This document shows, piece by piece, positions 24,030-36,927 of a DNA stretch of 64,000 bases (position 1 is the first letter of the stretch; the number at the start of each line of letters is the position of its first letter). The position numbers were made by a program, and so were the translations under genes. Where the stretch lies: contig NC_043006.1 in assembly GCF_006345805.1 (NCBI RefSeq), forward strand, positions 63,302,001-63,366,000. The letters are read 5' to 3'. The notes beneath the pieces were generated by a model, which saw nothing but the letters and a program-made list of their open reading frames with translations, made no database searches and had not been told where the DNA came from. Origin of the DNA: Octopus sinensis (taxonomy: Eukaryota).

Positions 24030-25672
24030 CTATACCAAACAAGAGCCAATGGTGGAGCCTCGACCAAGTCGCTCATCTTATTATTTAAAACAGTCAAATG
24101 TCCCCTAATTTACTCCCTACTGCCTTAAAAAAAACTAACGTCACATAGGATAATACAGTCCTAGATATACAAAATAGATGCAAAAAGATGGGTTGGTCAC
24201 GGTTGAACACTTTTGAATCATGGGTCAGCATTACCAGAGCTGATTTTGCTTAAAGAACAACAACAAGAAAGTAATCTATATGTGACTGAACCATCGAGAA
24301 ATCTACATGGCCGTTCGATCACTTAAAAATAGTAACCAAATGTTCCTCAATTCACACATGAATGACACATTAGGTACTGTAATCTTATATACACTGAAAA
24401 AAAGCGGACAGTCTTAGCTGGAATATTTTTTATCATATGATTGCTCAAGTGAGGTTGACCTAGGGCTAAACAATAACGGCAGCAACAACAACATAAAACA
24501 CTTTTAATATAAATAACAAGACTGTACTGAAAGGGGTCCGATCTTGAAACGGGATCTTATATCACTTGTTGATAATGTTTCTGTTGTATGCTACATACAT
24601 GGTAATGCACATTATGAAGCACTACTATAACCAATGTCATAACGATATTGTAAAATGTTACTATGTAGAAGTAATATGACCGACTGAAGAAAGTATCGGA
24701 TGACTTGGTAACAAATCTTGAGTCCAAATTTGTATTTCGATATTGCTTCACTCCGTCAAGCTATCGGGAAAGTTTGACTTTAGATCATTTTTCTGAATAT
24801 TCTTTTGGCTATGTTTAGTCAAAATCACTGAGTTCAGCAATTGTCTCGGCCTGGCACCATAATCATTGGATTTGGATCCTGGTTCTGATTACAGGTCACG
24901 TGGTAAATGCTGCACAACATTCCATCTTAGATATTCACCAACACGAAAGCATCTAATTCAGTTACTGAGATATATGATATTTATTGTAATTGATTAGTTC
25001 CAGATTGGCTTTGATCAAGTTCACTTGTTATAATCAAAACCGTTTTAACCCTGGACATATCGTTTTTTTACGGGAATACGGAACCTGAGACTTACATTAT
25101 AAAACGTGTCTTTCCTTTTTTAACACTTTAAGGCGTGATTTGAAAGAAGTTTAATTGTTATTTCTAGCAGTTTGAATGATTGTTCACATACTATTCTGAC
25201 TCATTATAGTATAACAATGCTGTTGCTTAAGATCGGTCAGCCCTGATTCAGGATCTATATGATCAAAAAGCGTTCGGTAATTGGCCATTCCATTTTATCT
25301 TTTTCAGGTGTTATATGTCTAATACCATGTTGACAAATGAGTTACTGGCACAATTTTTAAAACATAGGGGGTGATTTAAGGGATATATAGCCTCTATTTC
25401 TAGCCGGTCATGCAACCACATAGATGCTGCTTTGTTAGGACATAGACTACATTTAATGAATGTAAGTTCCGAAAACAATGCTAAGATTTGCCTCTTAATC
25501 CAAACTAAAAACTGTTCACTTTCATTTACTTCAAAAGTATATTAAGAAAAGGCATGGGCGTAATTAAAATATTCTTTATTGAAATCTCAGTATTAAAATT
25601 CATACATAAACACTTACATACACATACATACATACATACATACATACATACATACATACATACATACATACA

Positions 25673-25708
<36 letters not shown>

Positions 25709-25874
25709 TATATATAATATATATATATATATATAATATATATATATATATATACACGCACACACACACACACTCACATTATGAGGACATTTAAACCTTT
25801 TATAGGGATAGTTTTATCCAATATACCATATATTATATTTTTAAGATATTTCTTCAATGCATATATTATAAAAC

Positions 25875-26778
25875 ATCAAATATTATTAAGTTTTAAAATA
25901 AAGAGATTCATTGGATATAAATTAATTTATTAATTAAAAAAAACATTGCCTACACCTGTTTCACTTTAGACCCAATTTTGATTACAAAACATATATAATA
26001 ATATATAAGTTTGCATTTTCAGTATCCTAGGTGGAAGTTCTTCAGAGTAAAAGGAACAATACAGAGATCACATTTTGATCCGTTGAAATACTCCAACAGA
26101 CTAAGCGAATGAAAGCGTGTTTAGTGTATGTGTGTGTGTGTGTGTATGTGTGCGCCCGCATGCGTTAATACATTTATTTTTATTTGAATACAACAATAAT
26201 AATAATAATAATGAATTAAAGCATGTAAGAATAAAAATAAAGGAAAAAAATAAAGGTTGATACTAAATTATGAAAATAATGAAATATATAAATATTAAAA
26301 ATAATGTTATTGAATACAAAGTATGGATGTCATCGTTCATGTATGAGTGTGTGTTTGCGCGCGTTTACAGATCGTTACTGATTAAGTTGCGTTATTAGTT
26401 CGTAAGAGTGTGCGTATATCAGTCAAAAGTTATCGAATATTTCTATAACTATAACTGCATTTATAAGTATGGATATTCACAGCCCATTCCAGTTTATGTG
26501 TGTATATAGATGTTTACTGTCTAAGTTGATTTATATGTGCGTGTGAATGTATTCATTTACTTGTTTCAGTCATTTGACTGCGGCCATGCTGGAGCACCGC
26601 CTTAAAGTCGAGCAAATCTAGCCCAGGACTTATTCTTTGTAAGCCTAGAACTTATTCTATCGGCTCTTTTGCCGGACCGCTAAGTTACTGGGACGTAAAC
26701 ACATAGATACACAAACACAGACACAAAAGCACATACACACACACGCACATACACACACACACACACACACATACATAC

Positions 26779-26833
<55 letters not shown>

Positions 26834-27695
26834 ATATATATACATATATATGACAGGCTTCTTTCAGTTTCCGTCTACTAAATCCACTCACAAGGCCTTG
26901 GTTGGCCCGAGGCTATAGCAGAAGACATTTGCCCAAGGTGCCACGCAGTGGGACTGAACCTGGAACTATGTGGCTGGTAAGCAAGCTACCTACCACACAG
27001 CCACTCTTGCGCCTGTTAGCAATGTGTTATTAAGTCAAATCAGTTTGTTAATATACATATATATTACCTTTAATCTAATCCATGAAAACGTCAATCATAA
27101 AAGTAAATCATAATTATTATAATATGAGACAGTAAGATAAGTAGTGAAGTAATTATATTTGTATTTAGTTATTGATTCATAGTTTATTCTTTATAATATA
27201 TATTTAAGTGCGTGTGTGAGAGAACACATGTGGATACAGGCTTACGTTATACGCATCTTATGATTAGTACGTCTAAATATTAAGTGTATTACGTCACCAA
27301 GAGTGGTGCCATCGATAGATTTATAATATTTGCATCTAAAATAGGATTATTATCTGATTAATTAATAAAGATCAATACTCAATATTATCATTAAATTTAT
27401 ATTTAAGTATTATATTATATTATATATTGTATATATTATTTATATTTATATTATTTTTGTCCTATGCTTGGTTTGTAAATTAAGTTATGCTTATTATATT
27501 ATGCTTATATCATTAATATTTAGTTTCCACCCAGGATATACAAAATGCAAACTTATATTATCATATATGTTTTGTAATTTAAATCGGATGTGAAGTGAAA
27601 CAATTGTAGGCAATGTTTATTAATTTATTTATTTATTTATTTATATTCATTGAATCTCTCCATGTTCAAGCTTATAAATAATATTTGATATATAT
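25875..27695. repeat. Old inverted repeat pair (about 170-bp arms at 25875-26045 and 27520-27695)
   Basis: Arms share AAAATGCAAACTTATAT, ATATATGTTTTGTAAT, AAGTGAAACA..TGTAGGCAATGTTT and TGAATCTCT in opposite orientations. Confidence 0.75.
26556..27014 (-). mobile_element. SINE family A, near full length
   Basis: Head AGGCGCAAGAGTGGCTGTGTGG (A box), GGTTCAGTCCC (B box), CACCTTGGGCAA (CORE-like), internal (TA/CA)n, tail. Confidence 0.92.
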
Positions 27696-27764
27696 ATAAT
27701 TAATAGGAACAGCAGTTTGCAATGTTTCACTTAAAAGGAGAATTACAAATGTCACTAAATATCA

Positions 27765-27983
27765 CTAGGATGTTAGGAAACACTTACATTGCTAGAAATA
27801 AGAGTTAAATCACTCTAATGTTGTAGTTAATACACATGAATGAAAAGATATATACTAACAGGGACCATAATCGTCCGAAAAGTGCCGATCGAGAATTCCT
27901 AATACTCACGCGACAATTTCCGTTATCACATTTAGTGACAGTTGTAATTCTCCTTTTTGGTGAAACATTGCAAACTGCTGTTT

Positions 27984-28017
<34 letters not shown>

Positions 28018-28279
28018 CACATCAGCGAATCGCTAAATCATCCAATTATTTGGATGACGAAAACATAAATGCTAATAGCGAAGCGAGTCCAGAAAGAGCC
28101 GAAGCTGAGCTGTCTTAACTGATGAGGCAACGGAAATTGCCGAAAGTGACGCGTGAGTATCAAGAATTGTCAATCGGCACTTTTCGGGCGATTATGGTCT
28201 CTATTAATGTATATGCTTTCATTCATTAGAGCGATTTAGCTTTTATTTCTAGCAATGTAGGTGTTTTGCAACACCCTAG
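27765..28279. mobile_element. Fold-back element with about 190-bp inverted arms containing a hammerhead
   Basis: Arms about 27765-27950 and 28110-28279; hammerhead in the right arm and a decayed inverted copy in the left arm; TATTTCTAGC at 28244-28253. Confidence 0.8.
28113..28165 (+). ncRNA. Minimal type-I hammerhead ribozyme motif
   Basis: TCTTAA / CTGATGA / GGCAA-CGGAAA-TTGCC / GAAA / GTGACGCGTGAG / TA / TCAAGA. Stem III is two substitutions away from the palindrome CTCACGCGTGAG. Confidence 0.75.
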
Positions 28280-28442
28280 GCACAGTATATATATATATAT
28301 ATATATATATACACCAAAAATTAATTTATGAAGGTGCCATTCATTCTACTATTATCCAATGTAACTATTTTAAAAATGATAATAACAGAATCAATGACAC
28401 AGGCGATAGCAGGCTAAAAATAGTATTAAATAGCCGAGGGAT

Positions 28443-28691
28443 TAAAATTAATCACAGGACATACTAAGTATGTCTACCTACTTGAAATAACAGTCAAAAC
28501 TCATATCAATTCGCCAAAAATACACTGATGAAAACTACGGAAATCAAACGAAGGCAAAATCAGGTTAAATCTGATTTTGCCTTCGTTTGATTTCTGTAGT
28601 TTTCATCAGTGTATTTTTGGCGAATTAATAAGAGTTTTGACTGTTATTTCTAGCAGGTAGACATACTTAGTACGTCCTTTGATTAATTTTA
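28443..28691. repeat. Fold-back element, 121-bp inverted arms, 7-nt loop
   Basis: Arms 28443-28563 and 28571-28691; few mismatches in the inner 70 bp. Confidence 0.9.
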
Positions 28692-29228
28692 TATATATAT
28701 GTCACAAAATATGGATTCGACTAACCCGGTGGCACTCATAAAAAATGTTTCTTAATGTATCATTCTACAAAGCACAAAGAATATATAGTACAATACAAAA
28801 GAAAAACATAAAGAATGTATAAAATTATAAATATCGAAAGAAATATACTGTGTTACAATTTATTTTATCATTAGAAATTTAACTACAAGTTCCTCAGCTT
28901 AATAAACATGTATAGATAATTTATTTTATTATATTTTATAAGTAATAAATTACATACATGTCTGCATTAATATATATATTATATTATATTATATTGTAAT
29001 ATATATATGTATTTAATATTGTTGTAATATATTTCTGTAATAGCTTCACTGAATAAGTCTATAATCGATGAGCCCTCTATTATTGATAAACTTCCCCAAA
29101 AAATTATGCACCAAATAACTGAAATTGTTTTATAGTCTTTGATTGTCATGATTACGACAGCTAATATTAATTATACATACGATATATTGATAACTGTGTC
29201 GGTATCATCTTATACGACGGTATCACAT

Positions 29229-29395
29229 ATACGACGGGCTTCTTTCAGTTTCCGTCTACCAAATCCACTCACAAGGCTTTGGTCGGCCCGAGGCTATAAT
29301 AGAGGACACTTGCCCAAGGTGCCACGCAATGGGACTGAACTCGGAACCATGTGGTTCGTAAGCAAACTATTTACTTCACAGCCACTCCTACGCCT
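29229..29395 (-). mobile_element. SINE family A, head half
   Basis: Head and CORE-like block up to the internal microsatellite position. Confidence 0.88.
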
Positions 29396-29529
29396 ACATG
29401 AAAAATATAGAATGCTTCACGAATTTGCGTATCATCCATATATATATATATATATAAATGTAAGAACTTACTGTGGACACGGCTGCGTGATCGATTATAA
29501 ACAAATGAAAATAAACATTAAGTACAGGA

Positions 29530-30530
29530 AAAATACAAAAAAAAAACACAAAAGGAACAGGACATCAACATGTGAAAATACGTAAACACATAACGAGAGC
29601 CAAGTACGGAACAAAACACCAAAAGAAGTTCAACTCTTCCTCAGTTGTCGACTGTTAATTATTCCCTATTTCGAGCTTTCAACAAAGTAGAAAAACTTCA
29701 TAAGACAACAGCATCCAGAAATTTTAAAATATAAAATTTAATAACAAGGGCTTCGAACGAACAAACAACAACAGAGTGGACAGAAATTATAAATAAATCT
29801 GCGACTCGAGACTCTGTTTTCTTTCTCTCTATCCCTCTATAACCCTCTTTATTTTCCGTTTCTTCCCCCTTGTTCTTTGCTGTCCCCTGACTGTTTTTCT
29901 TCCACTCCCTACTATCTTTCGTTCCTTCTCGCTTCTCCCCACTGCCATTGTTTCTTTCTCTCATCCTCTCTCATGTCCCCTTCTCCTCTGCTTCTTTACT
30001 CACACGTGACTACATGCCATTTCTCTAATTCCTGTTTTTTTCTGGACGCGACGTTACCCTAGCTGGACGTCATTTCTCTCGCCTCCCGATAGTTTTTCTC
30101 TTCTATTATTTTCTTCTCTTCTACTTATTCTATATCTTTTCAAACTTTCTGCCAGGCCTTACCCATTACAATGTATTTTGACCTAACAGCCCTTAATGTT
30201 TGTCTTCGTCGATTGTTTACTCTGTACGTCCACTCTGTTGCTGTTTGTTCGTTTAAAGCCCTAACTCACCACAAATTTTATATTTAAAAAGCTTTTTGGA
30301 TGCTGCTGACTTATGACGTTCTCTTGTCTTGTCGTTGAAAGCTCGAAATAGGGAGTAATAAACAGTCAAGTTAGACTTCTTTTGCTATTTTGTCTCATAC
30401 TTGTCGCCCGTTACATGTTTACGTATTTTTCACTCGTTGTTGATGTCCTGTTCTTATTGTGCATCTTTTGGTATTTTTATCTCTCGTGCGTTTGTTTTTC
30501 GCTCGTTGGTGATGTCCTGTACTTTTTAAT
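29530..30530. mobile_element. Non-coding element with about 250-bp inverted arms and a CT-rich body (PLE-like inverted terminal copy)
   Basis: 29530-29785 is the reverse complement of about 30225-30500; both arms carry GAAAGCTCGAAATAGGG. Confidence 0.75.
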
Positions 30531-30536
30531 ATTTTA

Positions 30537-30611
<75 letters not shown>

Positions 30612-30627
30612 CATACATACGTATATA

Positions 30628-30663
<36 letters not shown>

Positions 30664-31239
30664 TGTATGTATGTATGTATGTATGTATGTATGCATGTAT
30701 GTATACACAAATATGTATATATGTATGCATATATGTGTGTGCGTATGTATGTGTTCGCGCGCATGTGTTTATGCTTTGTCTTGTATGTTATGTACAGCAT
30801 GTGCACTCACTGCACATACTACCATATAAAATGTATATACGACGTTGTATCTAGTGCTGTCAAGTCAGCACTAGGTACATGTTCACTCTTCTATTTTCAT
30901 TATTTGAACCTCCTCCCCTCTGTTCGTGCCATTTTGTCTTCCCTACATGAAAAACTTTTCCTTTATAATTCTTACCACCACTCCTCAAATTTCATTATTT
31001 ATTGTCATTACATACTGTTTTCATCCTCCTCCCTCCCTCCTTCTTTGTACGAGTCTTTCATTACGCATTTGTCTTTTCATCCATAATTCCTCTTTGTCTT
31101 CCCACTACTCATTTACTTCACTTGACCCCTAGCCCTCAGAACTCCTTCCTATTCCATTTGAATTGGATCTTCGTACATTCTTTTTCCATCTCTCCTCACA
31201 CTATTTCCGCACATATTCATCTTCCACAAAACTGTTACC

Positions 31240-31850
31240 AAGACGAGGTTTGAGGAGATAAGAACTGGAACTGATTGAAGAGAGAGCCAGAAGGAATTAT
31301 TATGGCTGCACAGGAACAAGCATTGCGAACGAGAAACAACAGGAAAGTCAGTGTTGAAGAAAATATTGGCGGTGAAAGAGAAGAAACGGTCGCACACAGT
31401 TTCAGAATGCCCAAAAGTAGCACAGAAAGTGTATAAAAGGACTGGAGACATGAGAGTGTGGCAAACGTCGTTCATTGAGAAAACTGTAAGAAGTACAACT
31501 TATCTTCTTCCGAAAAGTGGTGTCATCACAGGGTAGAGAAGGTGCTGGAGAATAAAAATACAAAGATCCTGTTGGATTGTAAATTACAAACAGATAAAGT
31601 CATGGAAAACTCTCGGCACGACATGGTTAACTTTCACAAATCATCTCGTGAATGCATAAAGGTGGATATAGCATGCCCCTTTGATACCAATGAGAAAGCG
31701 CAGAAAAAGTTTGATAAATGCAATGACATGAGATACGAGGTTGGGCGGCTACGAGAACGTAATAATAATGATGGACTCTCTCGTCGAAAATGGCGTATGA
31801 GCGTTCACTTTTGACGAATGACCTGCACAAATGATTTGTTTATAATGATC
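31240..31850 (+). mobile_element. RLE-type non-LTR retrotransposon (R4/Dong-like) 3' fragment
   Basis: IMAAQEQALRT, SECPKVAQKVYKR, KILLDCKLQTDK..SRHDMV, IKVDIACPFD: a CCHC region plus PD..D restriction-like endonuclease. Confidence 0.85.
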
Positions 31851-32345
31851 AAATGTTCGTGCCGCACATTAGCTCAATATCTCCATCAAATCGACGTTGT
31901 CTGAACAGGTGCACTGTGCACCACGCGTCGGGAGTCGAAGTGATCGCAGAGCAACGTGAGATGAAGTGTTTTGCTCAAGAACACAACGCACCACACTGCC
32001 TAGGAATGTTTTGTTTTGTATGTTATATACAGCATGTGCACTCACTGCACATACTGTCATATAAAATGTATATACGACACTGTATCTAGTACTGTCAATT
32101 CAGCACTAGGTACATGTTCACTCTTCTATTTTCATTATTTGAACCCCCTCCCCTCTGTTCGTGCCATTTTATCTTCCCAGGATCATATATATGTGATATA
32201 AAAAAACTTACTTCAATTATAAAAAAACACCTTTCATTATCCAATCGCCACCGCTACCTCCACCACCACTACCTCCATCTCCACTACCATCATCATCATC
32301 TCTCGCTCCCTTTCTCTGCCTCTCTTTTCTTTCTCTCTCTCCCTC

Positions 32346-32459
<114 letters not shown>

Positions 32460-34274
32460 CTTTAATCTCACCATCATAACATCACCCCTCTGCTAAAATT
32501 ATATATTTAACTCTCCTCCTCTATATCATCACTACCTTCAACTAACTTTTCTAACCATGTAATAAATATTACGTTCCCTCTACCTCGCATCATGGACGCT
32601 GCTTTCTCCCACTTTTCTCTCTCTGTCTTTTCTCTCTCTCACTTTTTCTTTCTCTCACTTTCTGTTTCACTCTTCACCTTATCCTCTTTTTCTTTCTCCT
32701 TTTTCCTTCTTTTTTTCTCTCCAACTAATCACGTGAAAGCGCTACATTCTCTCTAGCTTACATCATGGACGCTTCTATCTCCCTCTTTTTCTCTAATCAC
32801 GTGAAAGCGTTACTGACGGCTAAGTAACGGAATGACAAGCAGAATTATTATAAGATAATTCTTTAACTGGTCAGAAAGTTCCATACAACTCACAATAGAC
32901 CTCGTGGTCTATTATCTAGGTGCTTAATGAATTCGGGCCCCATCTTCGTAGCAGTGTAGCATCCCTGTAGTCTTCCTTCACGTCATTGAGCAGTTCTGTC
33001 AGGTCATCATTAGCGATTTAGATAACCCTGGATTTCAAACAGTTTATGAGTTTGGGCACTTATTTCAGCCTCTTGCTGTTAATCTGAGCTCATTTCTTCC
33101 ACACTCATCTTTTCACACTTCTCTCTTGCTTGTATATCTTCCTCACCTTCGCAGGATGGTGAGAAGAGCTCCCGCTCATAGCCTTAGTAATTAACCCTAT
33201 GCTGGATCTTCCCTTGACATCGGCTCCTGATGCTGGTGACACTGAGAATAAGATAATTTCGTTTGCTTCCGCTTGGATTGTGCTCGGAGCTGTGACCAGT
33301 GTCACTATAAAAAAAACGTTAGCAGTATCCATGGTATTTGCCTCTGGGATCAGGTGCTATTGTTTCTTCTCTTGTTTTCCAGTTCCTTTTTATATTTTTC
33401 ATTCCCTCTTTTTCTAGACAAAAGACTCTCAAGTGACCTTTTCTAGACAAAAGACTCTCAAGTGACCTTTTCTGACACTCGTGTAACAACTGGGTCTTCT
33501 GTCTTACACCACCAGTTTGATCGATTACCTATTTGCTCTTACACTAGCATACAGAGCTTTGTGGTCATCAGAGGTTATCGGGACCAGGAACTCTATGTAG
33601 ATGTAACTTGACGCCTTATGCCTGTAGTCTTGCACAAATGGAGGGACAAAATTTGTAATCCAGATCTTCGTATCCCTGAAACACATGAACTGTAACAGAT
33701 GTAGACACGTTGTAGAGCACCGCACCTAATTTTCGATCTTAATGACCTGACGATTTCCATGTACCCCACCTCAGTCGATGGAGTATGTATTCTGCAAGAC
33801 TTCTTTCGATTCGTCTTTCGAAGTGACATGAAATACACTCTTTTGTTAATTTCCACACCATCAATTTTGGATAAATTCGTCAAGCAAGAAGATACAAACT
33901 TTAGTGATTCATTTTCTTTTCCTTTCTCGTGTTAGCTCAAGTCCAATCTTTCCTTGTGAACTACAGTGTTTTCAAGTGGTTGTTTTGTCTTTAGTTGTCA
34001 ATGTTTCCAATACCAATAATGTTCCTTTCCCTTTCATTGCACAACTGTTTAAACCTGAAATTTTGTATGATAGATTTTTTTCATTGTCTACAGCATTTTT
34101 TTTTTCTGTAGACTTGTTTTTTTTTAGAAATAATTTGGTGTCGTGTTTGTTAATGTGATTGGGGCTATCGCTACCACTAATGTAGCAATGACTCCTTCTG
34201 AAGCAATTTTAGGCCAACAAATAACAATTTTGTGTGTATGTTTATATATATATATATATACTCTTTGAATTTTT

Positions 34275-34632
34275 TTATTGCTTCACTCATTGACTGCGGC
34301 CATGCTGGAGCACCATCTATAGTCGAAGAAATCGACTCCAGGACTTATTCTTTGTAAGCCGAGTACTTATTTTATCGGTCTCTACTGCCAAATTACGGGA
34401 ACGTAAACACACCAGCATCGTTTGTCTAGCGATGGTGCGGTGACAAACACAAACACACAAATACATATATATGCGCGCGCGCGTGTGTGTGTGTGTATAA
34501 CGACGGGATTCTTTCAGTTTCCGTATACCAAATCCACTCACAAGGATTTGGTCGGCCCGAGGCTATAGCAGAAGACAATTGACCAATAGGACTGAACCTG
34601 GAACCATGTGTTTGGGAGGCAAGCTTCTTTAT
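34275..34632 (-). mobile_element. SINE family A
   Basis: Tail, internal microsatellite, partial head. Confidence 0.88.
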
Positions 34633-35553
34633 TTCATTATATTGGCCATATTGGCCACATAGAGATAGGAAGCTGCGGGCTGGACACAGACATAATGTCA
34701 TATGAAATGAAAATTGAAAATTATGATAAATGCGGGAAAAGCGACGCCCGCCGATCGTTCTTTCACGAGAACATATTATTATATTATTCATGAGGCATCA
34801 AACCTCTTACATTGTTCACAATATTCAATAACAAAATGAAGCTCTAAGCCTTTTACCTTTGTTTCCAAACTAGGACCTTTCAATAACACAAAGGCTTTTC
34901 AACCTCTTATCCATATTCTTCACCAACGTCGCTTGTGACCCCATCCTCCGCCATCACCCACACATCATTCAAGCACAAAGCGGGTGCCATGTCGGCGTCG
35001 CCTGGCCACAAGCAATATTCTTCGTTGAGTCGCTCCAGCCTGCGCAATGCGGGCAACGTTATGACCTCCACAGCTATCTGCGGAGGTCATTCGGTGCAGG
35101 CTAAAGGTACTCCCTTATGATGTTTTTCCAACATCTTCTTCACCTCCCCGCCTCCGTAGAAGAAGACCAGTAATTCGTCTTCCTCCGGGGATGAGCTAGT
35201 CACTTCTACCGTCGGCGGAACAAATCCCACCGACGGTGTCTATTCTCCTGCCGGTGGCACAAACCCTCACCGACGAGGTTCCGGGACATTCCGGTACCAT
35301 GTCACCGACTGCCGGCAATGTCCCGTTTCTCTTCCCCTTCCTCTTTTTTTCTCAGCTGAGGGAGGGTGCATCTCCTCCGTGACCGGTAGATTTGCCTCCC
35401 CTCCCTCATCCCTAGGATCCTTCGGTGAGTACCCATTGTTGCGGCCCTTCTTTGAAGTGTCCTCTGCCTCCTCGGCCGCCTTCGTTCCCTCTTATACAGA
35501 CGTCTCAACCAACTGCTCCATGACCTTACTTTGTTCCTAGGGACAGTTCTCCT

Positions 35554-36126
35554 TTATATGGCCAGGCGACCCTCAAGAATCACCGGGTACCTGCACCCGG
35601 ACATTTTCAAAAAATCTGGTAATACCAGATTTTTGGCTGATTGGGTCCACAGGGTCAAAACCGCTTTTGACCCCACCCAATCAGCCACAGGTAAAATTTT
35701 TACATTAAGGAGCTTGGCTCCGCTGCCACCCAAACCCCGTTGGATTGTGTCCTCTACCCACTCGGGTTCTATTCCGGGTGGCAAACCACAGACCCAAGCC
35801 CTCGTCAACTTCCTCCCACAATACGCGGCAATGAATAAAATCGCTCTGCCTTCCAATGGCTGGCTCGCAAATTTACGAGCCTCCTTAGGGGTGTCAAATA
35901 GCAACCACGCCGTTACATATTTGACCCCCCCCCGCCCGGATATGAATTTAATGGTTGGCAGATACTCTGCAAACTCCCTTTCAATAACATTCTTTTGAAA
36001 TAGGACGATGGTGTTGAGCGACTTGGAGTAAGTCCTCAACACCACCGTCCTCCCTTCACAGTCTTTCGACCACTGTTTGGGTTGGACAATTTCCCACTCC
36101 AAAACATTGTCCTTGTTCTTTGCCAT
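35554..36126 (-). pseudogene. LINE ORF1-like protein remnant
   Basis: MAKNKDN...AWLLFDTPKEARKF...RAWVCGLPPGIEPEWV...YPVILEGR; RRM-like pattern, frame breaks where a zinc knuckle would be expected. Confidence 0.55.
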
Positions 36127-36786
36127 GTTTTTTTTAAAACACAAAGTTCAAACAGTTCACGAAAAAAATTCAAAAGACAAAGAAGGAAGAAGAAGAAAGA
36201 AATCAAAAGAAAGTCTCAACAAAAGGGAGAAATAAAAAAGAAAACAATTCCATAAAAAGAAAGTCACAAATAAAAGATAGAAGAAAAGAAAACAGTCTAC
36301 AGTTTAAAAAAACACAGCAAGAAAAAGGTTTTCTGGCTACTAAGTAATCCAGGACACTTGGTACTCCAATTTGAACCCGGGACGCCACAACTTGGAACAC
36401 AGCTTTCACAAAAATTGGTAAAAGAAGTTGTTGTATCTTCTAAATTCTCACAATTTTTGAAAAAAACTATTCACTAAAAGTGAACATTTTGGGGGGAAGC
36501 GGGATACGCCTCCAAACACAATAATTCTCACAATTAAGTGAGAAAAACTAATCATTCAACTGCAGGCAGACCAGAGTCCAGAATCCAGTGAGTACTCCTT
36601 GTTTGTAAAAAAAAAATAATTGCGGCAAACAACAAACCCCCACTGGACCTTACAGTTGAGCTTCTTTTACAATCAATTTTCGTCCGCTGCAACCAGCGTG
36701 ACGACTTCAATCAGTGATACGAACAAACAACACTGACAACACGCATGCGCAGGAAGCAAGCTTCTTACCACACATGCACTCCTGCG

Positions 36787-36820
<34 letters not shown>

Positions 36821-36874
36821 AGAGTAAGCACATAAATGTGAAACAAGGTGGAAAAGAAGAGTACTCAAATACCA

Positions 36875-36927
36875 GTTGCCGTTCATCAGACAGTTTTTGT
36901 TAGAAAAACTGTCTGATGAACGGCAAC
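36875..36927. repeat. Perfect 24-bp inverted repeat overlapping a hammerhead-like core
   Basis: GTTGCCGTTCATCAGACAGTTTTT-GTTAG-AAAAACTGTCTGATGAACGGCAAC. Confidence 0.9.

Larger units (their letters stand above)
32820..36700 (-). mobile_element. Decayed L1/Tx1-like LINE (ORF1 plus endonuclease remnants), interrupted by a SINE
   Basis: ORF1-like frame 36126-35554; APE C-terminal-like RVYI...SDDHKAL at about 33720-33550; T-rich 5' region. Clade and ends are approximate. Confidence 0.55.

Noticed and set aside
26940-27014. tRNA-like A and B boxes
   Set aside because: These are SINE heads; no cloverleaf or acceptor stem, so no tRNA gene is called.
33410-33470. 29-bp tandem duplication, and a 21-bp one at about 5725-5765, as CRISPR-like arrays
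   Set aside because: Only two adjacent copies, no spacers, eukaryotic context; simple slippage duplications.
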